From the NCBI GenBank assembly GCA_002796125.1, contig PCWA01000075.1, positions 10,317-74,316 of the forward strand: a stretch of 64,000 nt of DNA, read 5' to 3'. The notes beneath the pieces were generated by a model that was given only the letters and a program-made list of their open reading frames with translations, was not told the origin of the DNA and made no database searches. This document shows, piece by piece, positions 8,993-18,018 of the stretch; within the stretch, counting starts at the first letter, position 1, and the number at the start of each line of letters is the position of its first letter. Position numbers and translations under genes: made by a program. This stretch comes from Candidatus Ghiorseimicrobium undicola (GTDB lineage: Bacteria; Omnitrophota; Gorgyraeia; Ghiorseimicrobiales; Ghiorseimicrobiaceae).

Positions 8993-9563
8993 CGTTATTT
9001 TTAACCAATGCCTCTATGGTCATCTTAACAGGATATATAAAAGGGGCTTCCCGCACTGAAGAGATATCAAAAGCCAACACCTTTAAATACCTGATCGATG
9101 TTTCCAGCTTATTGATAAATTCTCCCAACCGGTGATAAGCGCATTTTAAATCTAAATTTATAAGTAGGCGCGAAAACATCCCGGCTTTTCCGCCTTCAAC
9201 AGCCCTATTCATCTGCTGCCCCGAAGGCCTTACCTGCATAATCACTATATTTGAATCTTTGGCGATTCTTGAAACCTCGCTTAACAATAAAGGTATTTCT
9301 TCTTCCGTAACAAACATTTTTTCAAAGTCCGGCAATTCTGAATTTAACTTGGCATAACGTTCTGTTAAGCTGTCTTTTGAAGATATCGCCGCCCTGGCAA
9401 CTACGATATCTTTTTTTAATTTTCCGGCCTGGGGCATGGATTTAGCAAGAAAACGCACCTGCCCGCCTAAAACAAAAACAAAATCAAAAATAATAATAGC
9501 CGCGGCTATGGAGATAGGTTTTATTAAATGTTTTTTCTCTTTTAAAAACTGCTCAACCCACAT
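8985..9563 (-). CDS. pilO: pilus assembly protein PilO-like
   Basis: Bitopic membrane protein with a coiled-coil segment. Operon position between pilN and pilP. Confidence 0.55.
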   Translation of the reverse strand: MWVEQFLKEKKHLIKPISIAAAIIIFDFVFVLGGQVRFLAKSMPQAGKLKKDIVVARAAISSKDSLTERYAKLNSELPDFEKMFVTEEEIPLLLSEVSRIAKDSNIVIMQVRPSGQQMNRAVEGGKAGMFSRLLINLDLKCAYHRLGEFINKLETSIRYLKVLAFDISSVREAPFIYPVKMTIEALVKNNDE

Positions 9564-9566
9564 GGT

Positions 9567-10130
9567 TTACTCCAAAACTCCTCTTATAGAAAAATCTATC
9601 ACCTCTACCCCGGAAACATTACTTCTGACAATAGAAACTATTTCCATGCTTTTAAACCCGGAATAGAAAAACTTATCTTTCTTGAGCGCCTGTAAAAACT
9701 TATGAAGAGAATCAACTTCTTCGCCTTTTAGGGATATCACCGACCCTGTAATATCAAGGATGCCGTCTGATGCGCGCATACGGTTAAACCAGATACCTTT
9801 CGGCAAAAGCAGGCTTAAGCTATTTAACCTTCTGGCCCAACGCGACTTCTCGACAGCCAGTTTGTTCGTAATCCCCAGCCTTGCCTCCAAACCTTCAACG
9901 TCTTTTTTAAGTTTTATGACATCCGCATTTTTGCTCGATATATGAGACCATTCCCTGCCTAAGCTGGATACGCGGTACTTATAGAATAATACGCTAAAAA
10001 GCAACAAAACATGCAGCCCAACCAAAACGATAAGGGCCAGTTTTGCAAAATAAACAACAGCATCAAAATCGATACCCTTCTTAGCTTTTGACAGGCGTAG
10101 ATTTTCCGGTAATAAATTTATTTCTATCAT
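9567..10130 (-). CDS. pilN: pilus assembly protein PilN
   Basis: MIEINLLPENLRL... is the PilN signature INLLP followed by a TM helix. The ATG overlaps the pilM stop (ATGA). The track ORF extends 12 codons upstream. Confidence 0.7.
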   Translation of the reverse strand: MIEINLLPENLRLSKAKKGIDFDAVVYFAKLALIVLVGLHVLLLFSVLFYKYRVSSLGREWSHISSKNADVIKLKKDVEGLEARLGITNKLAVEKSRWARRLNSLSLLLPKGIWFNRMRASDGILDITGSVISLKGEEVDSLHKFLQALKKDKFFYSGFKSMEIVSIVRSNVSGVEVIDFSIRGVLE

Positions 10131-11164
10131 TTTCGTAAAGCGAGACCTGCGGCAACGGCAAAACATGGCCCTGTCTTCGCGCAGTTTTCTTTATCCGCAT
10201 TATCGGAAATTTTTAAATGATCAAAGGGATTCCATATTTTAAAATCAATCCCCATCGCCCTGCTCATAAATTTATCTATGCCGCCAAGCAAGCTGCCGCC
10301 TCCGGTTAGGTATGCGCAGTTTACCGCCCTGCCGGTATTGCTTTCGTAATAATCAAAAGAAAGGCGCAGCTCACCGACCAACTCTGCCAACAAAGATTCC
10401 ACGGGCTCTCTTGCCTCAGCGATTTCATCGTAAGAAACCTTTATCTTCTCTGCCTCATCATAGCCGATCCCCAGCTTTACTGAAATTCTATTGGTAATAT
10501 CAGCCGAACCGAACAAGATGTCGCGGTTAAACCTTAAGCTGCCGGAATCAAGCAGGGACAAGTTACTGATACGCGCTCCGATGTTCAAAACGGCAGACAT
10601 TTCTTTATTTTGCTGTGTATCTAAAAAATTGAATATATTCGTAAGCGCGACCGAATCAATATCCAAAACATTAACTTCAAGGCCAAGGCCGGAGATTAAA
10701 TCAAGCCTGCGCTGCACAAAATCTTTTTTAACCGCGGCAATTAAAACAAGCATTTTATTTCCTTCAAGATTATGTTTCAATATGGCAGAATCCAGGACAA
10801 CTTCGTTGACAGGAAAGGGTATATGCTTTGCGGCTTCATATTTCATAGAATTTTTAAATTCGCTTTCATTCATGTCGGGAAGCATGATGCACCTTGTAAG
10901 CACTTCCTTGCCTGACAATCCCACATTTACGGACCTGCTTTCAATGCCGGCCGCAGCGAGCAATTCACCAAGCGCGGCTTTTATATCCTGATTTTTTATC
11001 TGGCGGGTTCCTAAAGCAGACACTACCGCGTCGCTATTCAACATGTCTATTTTGACTAATTTTATATTACAGCTTCCAATATCCAGTCCGAAAACATAAG
11101 ATTTTTTATCCCTCCTTGGTATAAATTGCAATATTTTCTCGCCAATATCGTTAATTTTAAGCAT
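10127..11164 (-). CDS. pilM: type IV pilus assembly ATPase-like protein PilM
   Basis: Actin-like/FtsA fold N-terminus SYVFGLDIGSCNIKLVKI. 345 aa. Directly upstream of pilN. Confidence 0.85.
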   Translation of the reverse strand: MLKINDIGEKILQFIPRRDKKSYVFGLDIGSCNIKLVKIDMLNSDAVVSALGTRQIKNQDIKAALGELLAAAGIESRSVNVGLSGKEVLTRCIMLPDMNESEFKNSMKYEAAKHIPFPVNEVVLDSAILKHNLEGNKMLVLIAAVKKDFVQRRLDLISGLGLEVNVLDIDSVALTNIFNFLDTQQNKEMSAVLNIGARISNLSLLDSGSLRFNRDILFGSADITNRISVKLGIGYDEAEKIKVSYDEIAEAREPVESLLAELVGELRLSFDYYESNTGRAVNCAYLTGGGSLLGGIDKFMSRAMGIDFKIWNPFDHLKISDNADKENCAKTGPCFAVAAGLALRK

Positions 11165-11181
11165 GATAACACAGTAAAAAA

Positions 11182-11541
11182 TTAATAAAAAACTACGTTG
11201 CTTTTTTCCAATTCCCTCATCTCTTCTTCCGTGGGTTTTATGCCTTTGGCTTCCGCCTCTCTTATCTCTTCTTCGCTATTAAGTTGAAACGGTTCAATTT
11301 CTATTCCCGGCAGCTCTATTATTTTTTTCTTATCTTTTTCTTCTCTGCCGGAATTTTCCACGCGCCTGCCTACTTGAAGTGCCGGCAGGCCTGATTTTAA
11401 AGATGATTCCTTATCTCTTTCTCCGGCAATAAATCTTTTATCGCTTACGCCGGCCTTTTCTTTTATTATTGCAATATTCAAAACCGCTATAATTAAAATG
11501 AAAATCCCCAGAGAAATCAAAGCAGGCATCCATCTTTTCAT
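11182..11541 (-). CDS. hypothetical membrane-anchored Lys/Glu-rich protein
   Basis: N-terminal TM helix and a charged C-terminal tail. No recognisable family. Embedded in the pilus operon. Confidence 0.35.
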   Translation of the reverse strand: MKRWMPALISLGIFILIIAVLNIAIIKEKAGVSDKRFIAGERDKESSLKSGLPALQVGRRVENSGREEKDKKKIIELPGIEIEPFQLNSEEEIREAEAKGIKPTEEEMRELEKSNVVFY

Positions 11542-11545
11542 TTCT

Positions 11546-12802
11546 CTACTCCTCTCTCCATGAAGTTATGATATAATCGCCTGTCGTAGGATTATACGGC
11601 GGAGGATTACTGGTAAAGCGGCTATCGTAGCTATAATCTTTGTTATAACCGCTTAATTTTTCTCCTGTTGAACCATCAAAAGTACCAACAGGCCCTCGCT
11701 GATTCTGGATTATCCCGCCATAGACCGTGAGGGTGCCTTTGGGCGGACCCTGCCAATATTTAAAAACCGTGAATGAACTACCCAATGCCATAATGCTGGC
11801 ATCTATTTCTAAATCGTAAGGGGCTGACTGCGGAATAATCACATTTTTTTCAGCTACAATTCCCAATTTATCCGCGGAATCAGGATTAACCCTGGGATCA
11901 TCGCTATAGACCACATTATCGCTGACAATAATGTCGCGCTCCGAACCCACGCTTACACTGCCCTTGACAGTACCGGAAATATCGAGATCGCCATTATCAA
12001 CAAATATAGCGCCATTGGCCGGGATACTAGTGTTAAAATTATTCCAGCCTTTATTAGCGTTGGTCACATTCATAGTACCATCGGCATTGAAGGCTATTGC
12101 CGAGTTTCCGGTAAGAAAAATTCCTCCCCCGCTGGCGGCAGTCCTTAAATTAAGGGCGCTTGCCGGCATAGCTACGGGATCGGCACCCAAGTCTATCCCT
12201 TGTTGAAAATCAGGCATATCATAAGGCGGATTGGAGCTGCTGCTTAAATTTTTAGGATTACCGTTATTATAATAACGTATATAATTATCCCCGCTCTTAA
12301 CCTCGCCCTCAAAAACCGGCCCTCCTTTAATCTTAAAACGCCCATTGGTCTGAACAGGGCCTTTTAACAAATCTCCGTCTACAAACCAGACATTAATACC
12401 CATAAAACGCTCCTGGTCCGTAAAATAAGCGTAGCGGGCGTAGTGGTCATCGCTAAATGTTGCCTTTATTGTCTTGTTTTCATTGCCGACGACGGCTGTT
12501 GACTCTACATTATAGACTAAGGAAACAGGGCTGGAAACCGTAAAGGAAAAACTGCCATTGCCTAAGTTTACAGTTCCGGAATTATAAGGGAGCGCTGCCG
12601 GATAACTCGTCCTTAGCCAGACTAAGGCGCTGTCTATGCCTGACTCAGCCAGATAGAATGCCTGCATGGCATTATTACGCCTGGAGGCACTACCCATCTC
12701 ACTGACGCTTCTGGCGGCAAAACTTATTATCAGGATAAGTAAAACCGAAATTATAAGGTATGTGGCGATAATAATAAAGGCCGCATCTTTCCTTATCTTC
12801 AC
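11546..12802 (-). CDS. PilX N-terminal domain-containing pilus-associated protein (418 aa, Gly/Asn-rich)
   Basis: TM helix followed by ...RRNNAMQAFYLAESGIDSALVWLR, resembling the PilX_N motif (A.Q.AF.AAEAG.). The rest is G/N/S-rich, beta-rich-looking. Confidence 0.5.
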   Translation of the reverse strand: MKIRKDAAFIIIATYLIISVLLILIISFAARSVSEMGSASRRNNAMQAFYLAESGIDSALVWLRTSYPAALPYNSGTVNLGNGSFSFTVSSPVSLVYNVESTAVVGNENKTIKATFSDDHYARYAYFTDQERFMGINVWFVDGDLLKGPVQTNGRFKIKGGPVFEGEVKSGDNYIRYYNNGNPKNLSSSSNPPYDMPDFQQGIDLGADPVAMPASALNLRTAASGGGIFLTGNSAIAFNADGTMNVTNANKGWNNFNTSIPANGAIFVDNGDLDISGTVKGSVSVGSERDIIVSDNVVYSDDPRVNPDSADKLGIVAEKNVIIPQSAPYDLEIDASIMALGSSFTVFKYWQGPPKGTLTVYGGIIQNQRGPVGTFDGSTGEKLSGYNKDYSYDSRFTSNPPPYNPTTGDYIITSWREE

Positions 12803-13821
12803 AACTGCCTCCAGGAAATTATCTGCACATCAGCATGTAATCCCATCTTGTTTATCGCCTGCATATAAAAAGCATTGTACTGAATCGTTGTATTACCATT
12901 AAGGCGCGATTCATCCCCTGACCATACGCCGCCGTCAACGTTTAGCCCTCCGCCTCCGCCGTTTACCCTAAAATCGCCTAAAGTATAAATGCATCCTTCT
13001 ACTTGTCCGTTTCCGTTTATGGTCGTCTCCGAAGAACTGTTTGGATCAGTTATAACATCCCCTACTACTACAAAAAAGCCGCCGATAGTACCGATATTCC
13101 CGTTTAACTGCAGATCATCTTCTACATAAACTACATTAGGGACACCCGTTGCGGGATCTGCGGGGTCCGTAGGAACAGAATACCAGAATGAAGCGGGAAA
13201 ACTATCGGTGTTATTCTGAACGTCTGCCAGGCGTGCTGTATCATAAACATTGCCTTGCCCGATACTTATGGCACGCAGCTCCGCATAATTAAGACGCGCC
13301 AACGGAGAAATTCCCGGATCATTGGTTACACTGCCTGTAATATTGTCTGGGTTATCAATGGAGCCGGCATAGATTACATCTCCGTCCACCAGATAACTGC
13401 TGCCGTTTAAATCAATATCCCCCGCGGAATAAATCGCATTATCATAAAACCCCCCGGGTATAGCTTTTCTTATATACGCCTCGATACTTACTTTCTGCTG
13501 TGCAGCCGAAACAGATGGTATATAGCCAAAAGTATCTACTTTGCGCTCATCAAGACCAACAGCGTTAACCACTACAGAATATTCTCCGCTGCCTAAAGCA
13601 ACCGCGGTAACGCCCGTCCAGTCAAAATTATTTTTTAATTCCACAAGCGCTCGATCCAAACCCGCTTCCGCCAGATTAAAGGCCTGATAAAATCCTTTTT
13701 GCCTTTCGGTCAAGTCTTTCTCCTGTATGCCCCTGCTAATGAAAACCCCTATCAGGATTATCAAGACAACCACAACGAAAGCGATTAAAACCAAAATAAC
13801 GCCTTGTTTTTTATTATTCAT
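12799..13821 (-). CDS. second PilX N-terminal domain-containing protein (340 aa)
   Basis: ...ERQKGFYQAFNLAEAGLDRALVEL is the same PilX_N-like motif. Paralog of the upstream gene. Confidence 0.5.
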   Translation of the reverse strand: MNNKKQGVILVLIAFVVVVLIILIGVFISRGIQEKDLTERQKGFYQAFNLAEAGLDRALVELKNNFDWTGVTAVALGSGEYSVVVNAVGLDERKVDTFGYIPSVSAAQQKVSIEAYIRKAIPGGFYDNAIYSAGDIDLNGSSYLVDGDVIYAGSIDNPDNITGSVTNDPGISPLARLNYAELRAISIGQGNVYDTARLADVQNNTDSFPASFWYSVPTDPADPATGVPNVVYVEDDLQLNGNIGTIGGFFVVVGDVITDPNSSSETTINGNGQVEGCIYTLGDFRVNGGGGGLNVDGGVWSGDESRLNGNTTIQYNAFYMQAINKMGLHADVQIISWRQL

Positions 13822-14387
13822 TAGTTTCTCAGCCTCACTTGGGTGTTTAGAGTAATGCTTACTTTTTCATCCCCTGGGGAAGTAAACCCTTTAAATGCGT
13901 ATTTTTCTGCCGTGATGTAAATTTCTATAATATCGGTACCTGCCGGCCAGTTGAAATTAAGAGTTGCTACTTTATTCGCCAAAACAGATTGCTCTCCGCT
14001 AAGGCTTAGGGTCCTTACAATCTGATCTCCGGACAATGAATAAGTTATGGTGCCGATTCTTTTTCCCCCGGGATCATCCGACCATTCAATTCCGCCCCCT
14101 TCAATAACCGTGCCATTATCATTCGCATCCCAGGGTATTTCGAATGTGATAGAACTGGCATTAACGCCTTCTGAGATGCCGCTGACTTTATTAGAACGCG
14201 TCTGCCTTAATTCTTTGACAATGTAATCCAGCGCCCGGCGCGCCTCCTGCTCAACCTCAATCTGAATATTTCCTACGTCAAAGGCTTTTTGGCCTCCCGT
14301 CAACAGAGCGAATACAACAGTCAAAATAATAGAAAAAATAGCAACCGCTACTACCAGCTCTATAATAGAAAAAGCCCTTTTCTTCAT
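13821..14387 (-). CDS. prepilin-like minor pilin/pseudopilin
   Basis: MKKRAFSIIELVVAVAIFSIIL is an N-terminal class III signal-like hydrophobic segment with conserved Glu. Ala rather than Gly precedes Phe. Confidence 0.5.
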   Translation of the reverse strand: MKKRAFSIIELVVAVAIFSIILTVVFALLTGGQKAFDVGNIQIEVEQEARRALDYIVKELRQTRSNKVSGISEGVNASSITFEIPWDANDNGTVIEGGGIEWSDDPGGKRIGTITYSLSGDQIVRTLSLSGEQSVLANKVATLNFNWPAGTDIIEIYITAEKYAFKGFTSPGDEKVSITLNTQVRLRN

Positions 14388-14818
14388 CGGTTGGCGATAT
14401 AAGTAACCAGTCTGGCAGGAGAAGAGCCCAGTGGATTTAACGCGCTATCACCGCCTATAATCCTGCCGTTTTTCTGCCTCCAACACGCGGTTACGGTAAC
14501 CAACAAGAGATCCGGATTGGTATTATCCACCTCTACCAAGCCATTACTATCGCCGATAGCTATACCATCTACCGCAAAATTAGGATTATTCGTATAATAA
14601 GTGTAGATATCTGAAAAATTGTGATCGCGGATTTCTTCTAGCTTTTTCTGCGCGCCATTTAAAGCATAGGTAGTGTTGCGTGCCGTCTCTACCAATTCAA
14701 AACAAGTAAGGTAAGTGGCCAGCAAGCCAGTCAAAGCAATACCGATAATCAGCATCGCTATAACTATTTCTATAAGCGTAAAGCCCGCTTTGGGCAACTT
14801 TCTCTTAAACGGATACAT
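14384..14818 (-). CDS. type IV minor pilin (PilV-like), prepilin N-methylation motif
   Basis: KAGFTLIEIVIAMLIIGI is the canonical G-FTLIE prepilin cleavage/methylation motif. Confidence 0.7.
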   Translation of the reverse strand: MYPFKRKLPKAGFTLIEIVIAMLIIGIALTGLLATYLTCFELVETARNTTYALNGAQKKLEEIRDHNFSDIYTYYTNNPNFAVDGIAIGDSNGLVEVDNTNPDLLLVTVTACWRQKNGRIIGGDSALNPLGSSPARLVTYIANR

Positions 14819-14885
14819 ATAAAATCTAACTCTCGTCGCTACAATGTGTTAGCTAACTTCATTAACTTATTTATGCCTCATAGGT

Positions 14886-14913
14886 ATAATAACATAATCT
14901 CTAACGTGGTCAA
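14886..14913 (-). promoter_or_regulatory. Putative sigma70-type promoter for the pilus operon (pilV...pilQ)
   Basis: On the minus strand: TTGACC, 16-nt spacer, TATTAT, about 70 nt upstream of the pilV-like start. Coordinates approximate. Confidence 0.35.
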
Positions 14914-14922
14914 GTAAAATCC

Positions 14923-15612
14923 TTAGGCCAGGTTACGGCCGCAGATATATTTAAGACAGGTGGCAGGAAAACCTATATCTCCTACTATTACCTTTCCGCA
15001 TTGGCCTGGCCCGTCATTGATAATCATGCCCTTTTTTTTAGAAATAAAAGTCAATGTTTTGCTTGCAGTTACGCAAATCCCTAACACCCTGCCGGAATCC
15101 GCGTCTAAACCAGATGGTATATCAATGGCCAAAACTGGAATTTTGCTCTTATTAATTTTATATATTAAATCTTTTAGAAACCCTTCAACCTCTCCCCTAA
15201 GGCCTATACCTAAAAGCGCATCCACAATTAAAGAATAATCCCTCATATTTATTGTATTAATTTTATTAGTTTCCGTAATCGGAATTATGCCAAGGCCGAT
15301 TTTTTCTAGAATATTCAAATTATTCTCCGCCGCATCTTTAAAATTCAGGCTATCAGCGCAGAGATAGACATCCACACCCACGCCTCTTGTGGCTAAATGG
15401 CGGGCGCAGGCGAAACCGTCTCCGCCGTTATTGCCTTTACCGCAGAAAACAGCTACTTTTTTATCTTTGGGCCCAAGCATAGCTAAAGCCATTTCAGCCG
15501 CGCTTCTTCCGGCATTCTCCATAAGTACAAGCGCCGGAATCTTTAATTTACGCTGCGCGGCAGCGTCTATCGCCTTTGCCTGCGCTCTCGTTATATTAGG
15601 AAATTTTTGCAT
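14923..15612 (-). CDS. nnrE: NAD(P)H-hydrate epimerase (YjeF N-terminal domain only)
   Basis: ...KKVAVFCGKGNNGGDGFACARHLATRGVGVDVYL YjeF_N signature. 229 aa, no C-terminal dehydratase domain. Confidence 0.8.
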   Translation of the reverse strand: MQKFPNITRAQAKAIDAAAQRKLKIPALVLMENAGRSAAEMALAMLGPKDKKVAVFCGKGNNGGDGFACARHLATRGVGVDVYLCADSLNFKDAAENNLNILEKIGLGIIPITETNKINTINMRDYSLIVDALLGIGLRGEVEGFLKDLIYKINKSKIPVLAIDIPSGLDADSGRVLGICVTASKTLTFISKKKGMIINDGPGQCGKVIVGDIGFPATCLKYICGRNLA

Positions 15613-15649
15613 GCCTGTAGGATGCGGAATATTGAAAACTACGGCAGGC

Positions 15650-16846
15650 CTAATGGCCGATAAGCTCTAAGACGCTGAATATCGGCAGAAATAAGGAAAT
15701 AACGATACCGCCGATTATTGTTCCCAAAAGCACGATAACTACCGGTTCAATTAAACTCGTCAACGCGGAGACGGCGGCATCTACCTGCTCTTCGTAAAAA
15801 TCAGCAATCTTTGAAAGCATTTTTTCCAGGTGGCCTGTCTGCTCTCCGACGGAAATCATCCTTACCACCATAGGAGGGAAAATATTGCCCCTTGCTAAAG
15901 GTTCAGCTATCGGTTCTCCCTCTTTTATGGAACTGGTCGCCTGAATTATTGCCTGCTCTATTATTTTATTTCCTGAAGTCTTGCCTACAATTTCTAAAGA
16001 ATCTATTATCGGCACCCCGCTTTTAACTAAAGTAGATAATGTCCTGGAGAACTTTGCCACGGCAACTTTTCTAAATAATTGGCCGAATATAGGCACTTTC
16101 AATAACATCTTATCAAAATTATACCTTCCTTTTTCCGTAGATACATAGCGCTGTATTATTATGCCTAAAATAACAAGAATTATGACGATATATAGAAAAG
16201 ACGACCTTATGCCATCGCTTATGCCAATCAAAATTCTGGTAGGGAGCGGAAGCCTGCCCCCCAAGGTTACGAAGATAGCCTTAAACGTAGGAACTACTTT
16301 AATAAGCAAAAAAGTGGTAATAAGTATTGCCATGCTTATTACTACTACGGGATAAATCAGGCTTGAGCGCACTTTCCGCTTCAAAACACTGACTTTTTCC
16401 AGATAAGTAGCGAGCCTGTCCAAAACTTCATCCAACTGGCCTGAAACCTCCCCCGCCCTGACCATGCTTATAAAAAGGCCGGAAAAAACCTTTTGATGTT
16501 TTTTAAGCGCCTCAGAAAAACTCAAGCCCTCTTCTATATCCTGGCGTGTTTTAGCCGTGACCTCCGAAAGGTACTTATCTTCTGTCTGTTCAGCTAAAAT
16601 ACTCAATGTTTGAGCAAGCGGGATACCGCTGTCTATCATCGTAGCGAGCTGCCGGCAAAAAATTACTAATTCATCTAATTTAACGGAACGCGCCTGTAAC
16701 TTAGGCGCTTTTGTCTGATGTATTGAAACAACCAGCAGTTCCTGCCGGTGCAACCTATCAATCAAAGAAACTTCGTCAGGCATCTCAGCCAGCCCGGAAA
16801 CGTTCTTGCCGGTTTTATCTTTTGCCACATACTTATAATTCGGCAT
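15650..16846 (-). CDS. pilC: type IV pilus inner-membrane platform protein (GspF/PilC family)
   Basis: 398 aa with two T2SS-F repeats and three TM segments. Neighbour of the PilB-type ATPases. Confidence 0.85.
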   Translation of the reverse strand: MPNYKYVAKDKTGKNVSGLAEMPDEVSLIDRLHRQELLVVSIHQTKAPKLQARSVKLDELVIFCRQLATMIDSGIPLAQTLSILAEQTEDKYLSEVTAKTRQDIEEGLSFSEALKKHQKVFSGLFISMVRAGEVSGQLDEVLDRLATYLEKVSVLKRKVRSSLIYPVVVISMAILITTFLLIKVVPTFKAIFVTLGGRLPLPTRILIGISDGIRSSFLYIVIILVILGIIIQRYVSTEKGRYNFDKMLLKVPIFGQLFRKVAVAKFSRTLSTLVKSGVPIIDSLEIVGKTSGNKIIEQAIIQATSSIKEGEPIAEPLARGNIFPPMVVRMISVGEQTGHLEKMLSKIADFYEEQVDAAVSALTSLIEPVVIVLLGTIIGGIVISLFLPIFSVLELIGH

Positions 16847-16880
16847 AAGCCCTCGCTTTATTTATGGTATTGAATATATT

Positions 16881-17933
16881 TTAAACAAGATTATCTATTA
16901 TTTTTAAAAACACCTCAACAACCTTTGGGTCAAACTGACTGCCGCTATTTCTTTTTATTTCCTCAATGGCGCTTTCCTTAGAAAGTTTAATATTGCGGTA
17001 TGAGCGCTCGGAAGTCATGGCATCATAAGCATCAGCCAGAGAAATTATCCTTGCCCCCAATAGGATATCCCGGCCTTTTTTCCCTGCCGGATAACCGCTG
17101 CCGTCAAAATTCTCATGGTGTTCCTTGACTAATTCGGCGATATTCTTTAAATCTAAATCTCTTAAAATACGCGCGCCCATTTCAGGGTGCTGTTTCATTA
17201 AAATCCATTCATCGGGGCTCAATTTACCGTCCTTGGTTAAAATCGCGTCCCTTATGCCGATTTTCCCTATATCATGCAATCCGCAGGCATCGCGTATATC
17301 TTTTACCTCCTGAAAACTCAAGCTCATATTTTCCGCAATTGCCACCGCATATTTTGTAACATTCTCCGAATGACTATAAGTATATTTATCGCGCATATCA
17401 ATAAGCTGGGCAAGCGCCTTTATTGAACGCACATAAGATTCCTGTAAAGTAGAATATAAAGATATGGAATTTTTAACCCCCTCATCTACCTTTTTACTTA
17501 AAAGAGAAATTTGCTTCTCCATATTAATTATTTTCTCTTCATGTATCATAATATTATTCTTAACTCTTTTGAATAATATTGCCTGCTTTACGACCAAAAA
17601 AAGGTTTTTGGGCTCAAATGATTCCGGCAAAAAATCAAATATACCCAGCTGCAGCATATTATTTATCGCATAGTAAGAATAATTATCGGTTACTGCTATG
17701 ATGAGCGAATCGAACCTTTCTTTTTTTAAATCTTGCAGTAATTTATTTTGTTCGATGGAAACATCCTTTGAACTAACTATTATAACGTCAAAATTATCCA
17801 TCCTGGCCAGGCTGATAGCTTTGGATATTTCCGGCTCAATTGTTACGGAAAAATCCTCTCTGGTTAAGTCTTTTTTCGCATGATAACATAAAGCATGTTC
17901 TTCGCTAATAACTAGCACTTTTCCTTCGGCCAT
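16881..17933 (-). CDS. receiver-like domain + HD-GYP cyclic-di-GMP phosphodiesterase
   Basis: HDIGKIGI and HHENFDGSGYP motifs define HD-GYP. The N-terminal 120 aa is a CheY-like fold with a possibly non-canonical acceptor region. Confidence 0.8.
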   Translation of the reverse strand: MAEGKVLVISEEHALCYHAKKDLTREDFSVTIEPEISKAISLARMDNFDVIIVSSKDVSIEQNKLLQDLKKERFDSLIIAVTDNYSYYAINNMLQLGIFDFLPESFEPKNLFLVVKQAILFKRVKNNIMIHEEKIINMEKQISLLSKKVDEGVKNSISLYSTLQESYVRSIKALAQLIDMRDKYTYSHSENVTKYAVAIAENMSLSFQEVKDIRDACGLHDIGKIGIRDAILTKDGKLSPDEWILMKQHPEMGARILRDLDLKNIAELVKEHHENFDGSGYPAGKKGRDILLGARIISLADAYDAMTSERSYRNIKLSKESAIEEIKRNSGSQFDPKVVEVFLKIIDNLV

Positions 17934-18018
17934 TTGCTCTCCATTGGTTTCTTAAAATCAAAGCTTGGCGCTTTTGACATAAAACTTTCTCAACGCACAG
18001 CTGGAAAAAATATTAAAA

